DNA of 62,905 nucleotides, the filler included, from Chiloscyllium plagiosum (lineage: Eukaryota): NCBI RefSeq assembly GCF_004010195.1. It is 3 parts of one record of this genome, joined end to end, with 100 filler letters (N's around TTAATTAATTAA, not from the genome) between each part and the next. Parts side by side here need not be neighbours in the genome. Positions count along the whole stretch, not along the records: positions 39,778 to 62,905 come from NC_057717.1; 2 more parts are not named here. One strand, given 5' to 3'. Positions 61,247 through 62,905 of the stretch are shown piece after piece. The notes below the pieces were generated by a model. That model had not been told where the DNA came from and searched no databases. It was given only the letters and a program-made list of their open reading frames with translations. Made by a program: the position numbers and the translations under genes. The stretch's first letter is position 1. Every line of letters begins with the position of its first letter.

Positions 61247-62905
61247 AATGGAAAATTCATCCTAAGTAGTATGGCTTCTCCCCTATTCCTACTATTAAAA
61301 GACGAGAAATAAACCCAATCAAACCCGCCCTGCTGTAACGTCAAATTTTCCTTGCCATCAAGGTACATCTCCTGAAATAGAACAACATCCACCCTTTCTG
61401 TTTTAAGACGAGAAAGTACTTTTTTCCTCTTGACTGGAAGATGGCCTCCCTTAATGTTCCAGGTACACATTTAAGCACATCATTATCCATAACACACTGC
61501 AGCAACATTTCAACTCTAGAGTTTCACATTGAATTACACATCGCTGATCATTAATGAAAAAAACTCATGGGGCCTAAAAACTGTACAAACTAAAACTACT
61601 ACAACTAACAAGCTCTCAAAACTTTCCAAACCTAAACACATAAAAAAACAAACTACGAAATAAAATCCAAATTTCCAATGACACTCGAAAGGGGAATTTA
61701 CCTCTCCTGGACCCCACTCCCTGCCAACTCGGGATGCTTACATATCTTAAAACCTTATCTTCTGCCCGCTACCAATATGGAATCCAAGGCAATTAACAAC
61801 AAAAACTGCCTTTCGGTCGACACTTAGTCATCACAACTACCTTTGTAACTCCCTCCAGCTTGAGCTGCACCCCAGACACAAGCAAAGAAAGACAAAAAGA
61901 GTACTAATACTAATGAAGGAGGTACAAATGAGTATTCTACACACCCCCGACTATAATTTAACACTGGTTAATACCAGAAAAAAACAATGAAATTTCTTTA
62001 AGGAGAAACATGATTGTCTAAATATCCAGCTTACTTTAAAATGTCCACAAAGTTTTCGCTTTCTCTGGAGAGTCAGACGAGTTCGTGGATCCATTGAAAG
62101 CAATACAGAGCATCGCTGGGTATCGTCAGGAATACTGAATCCCGAGTTCCCTTACTCTTCTCTTGATGTCATCAAAAGATTTTCTTTCCTGAATCACCAC
62201 CGCTGAAAAGTCCTGAAATAACATAATCCTGGAGCTCTCGTGAATTAAACCCATCGGATCTTTCCCCTGGGTTCTGAAAGCTTCCACCAGTCTTTGTTTG
62301 TCCCCATAACAATATAATCGCGCAAGGACAGGATGAAGACTTTGGTCTGAGTCTGACTTCTGTGCTGTAACCCGATGAACTGTCTCACTCTTCTCCCGTC
62401 TCTCCTCAGTTTCGAAGTGAAGGAATCGCTGCAGCCTGTTCTTGAAAAAACTCACCGGCTGACCACCTTCTGTCCGCTCCAGCAAACCGACAATGTAAAT
62501 ATTCTTCATCTTACCCCTGTTCCCGAGGTCGTCATCTTGTTCAGTTAAGGTGCAGACCTATTTTTCAAGGGCGAGGATCCTCTCCCGAGAGGAATGGATC
62601 ACGGTCTCTGTCGCTGCAGTTCGGCGCTTGGCATCGTCTGTTCTGTTTCTAAGGCTGTCAAGTTGCTGCTCATGTTTTTGGAGCACGGCTGAGAGCTTGT
62701 CTAGCCACGGCTGAACGGTTCTTTAATCATGGCTTCAACCATTTCACGTAACTTGGTGAACTCAGTGACCAAGGCCTATTGAACGAGCAGAGTGGATTGC
62801 AGTTACAGCCTCAGGCATGCTCAATAATTCTGACGGGTGCACCGTGTGTTGGGACTTACTCGATCCGTTCCCACGTTTTGTCATTTCCACTTGATAAAAC
62901 GGGAT
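61247..62905 (-). mobile_element. L1 5' half (paralog of 20995-22660)
   Basis: ORFs 61237..61470 (endonuclease start) and 62126..62509 (ORF1p). Confidence 0.9.

Larger units (their letters stand above)
42513..62905 (+). repeat. Segmental duplication, copy 2 (runs off the right edge)
   Basis: Colinear with 230-22660; the offset drifts from ~42.3 kb to ~40.2 kb through indels. Confidence 0.97.

Overview
Eukaryotic, non-genic, repeat-saturated vertebrate DNA. The repeat families (CR1 LINEs with (TTCTATG)n tails, HE1/V-SINE-type tRNA SINEs, Penelope-like elements) point to a cartilaginous fish; this is an inference. No host gene could be confidently identified, and nearly all listed ORFs are transposon debris, antisense shadows or N-gap artefacts. 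A ~22 kb segmental duplication dominates the window (about 230-22660 vs 42513-62905+, roughly mid-90s % identity by eye, with many lineage-specific indels and insertions). Between the copies lie a Gmr1-like Gypsy LTR element with integrase before RT, several Penelope remnants carrying minimal hammerhead-ribozyme motifs, and an older ~550 bp paralogous block. Other points of note are dispersed, same-orientation 42-bp minisatellite arrays apparently built from the CR1 3' terminus, an L1 5' half with a YY1-type start, Harbinger transposase remnants, a CR1 tail flanked by a ~145 bp target duplication, and two artificial N44-TTAATTAATTAA-N44 scaffold linkers. Boundaries of degraded repeats are approximate.
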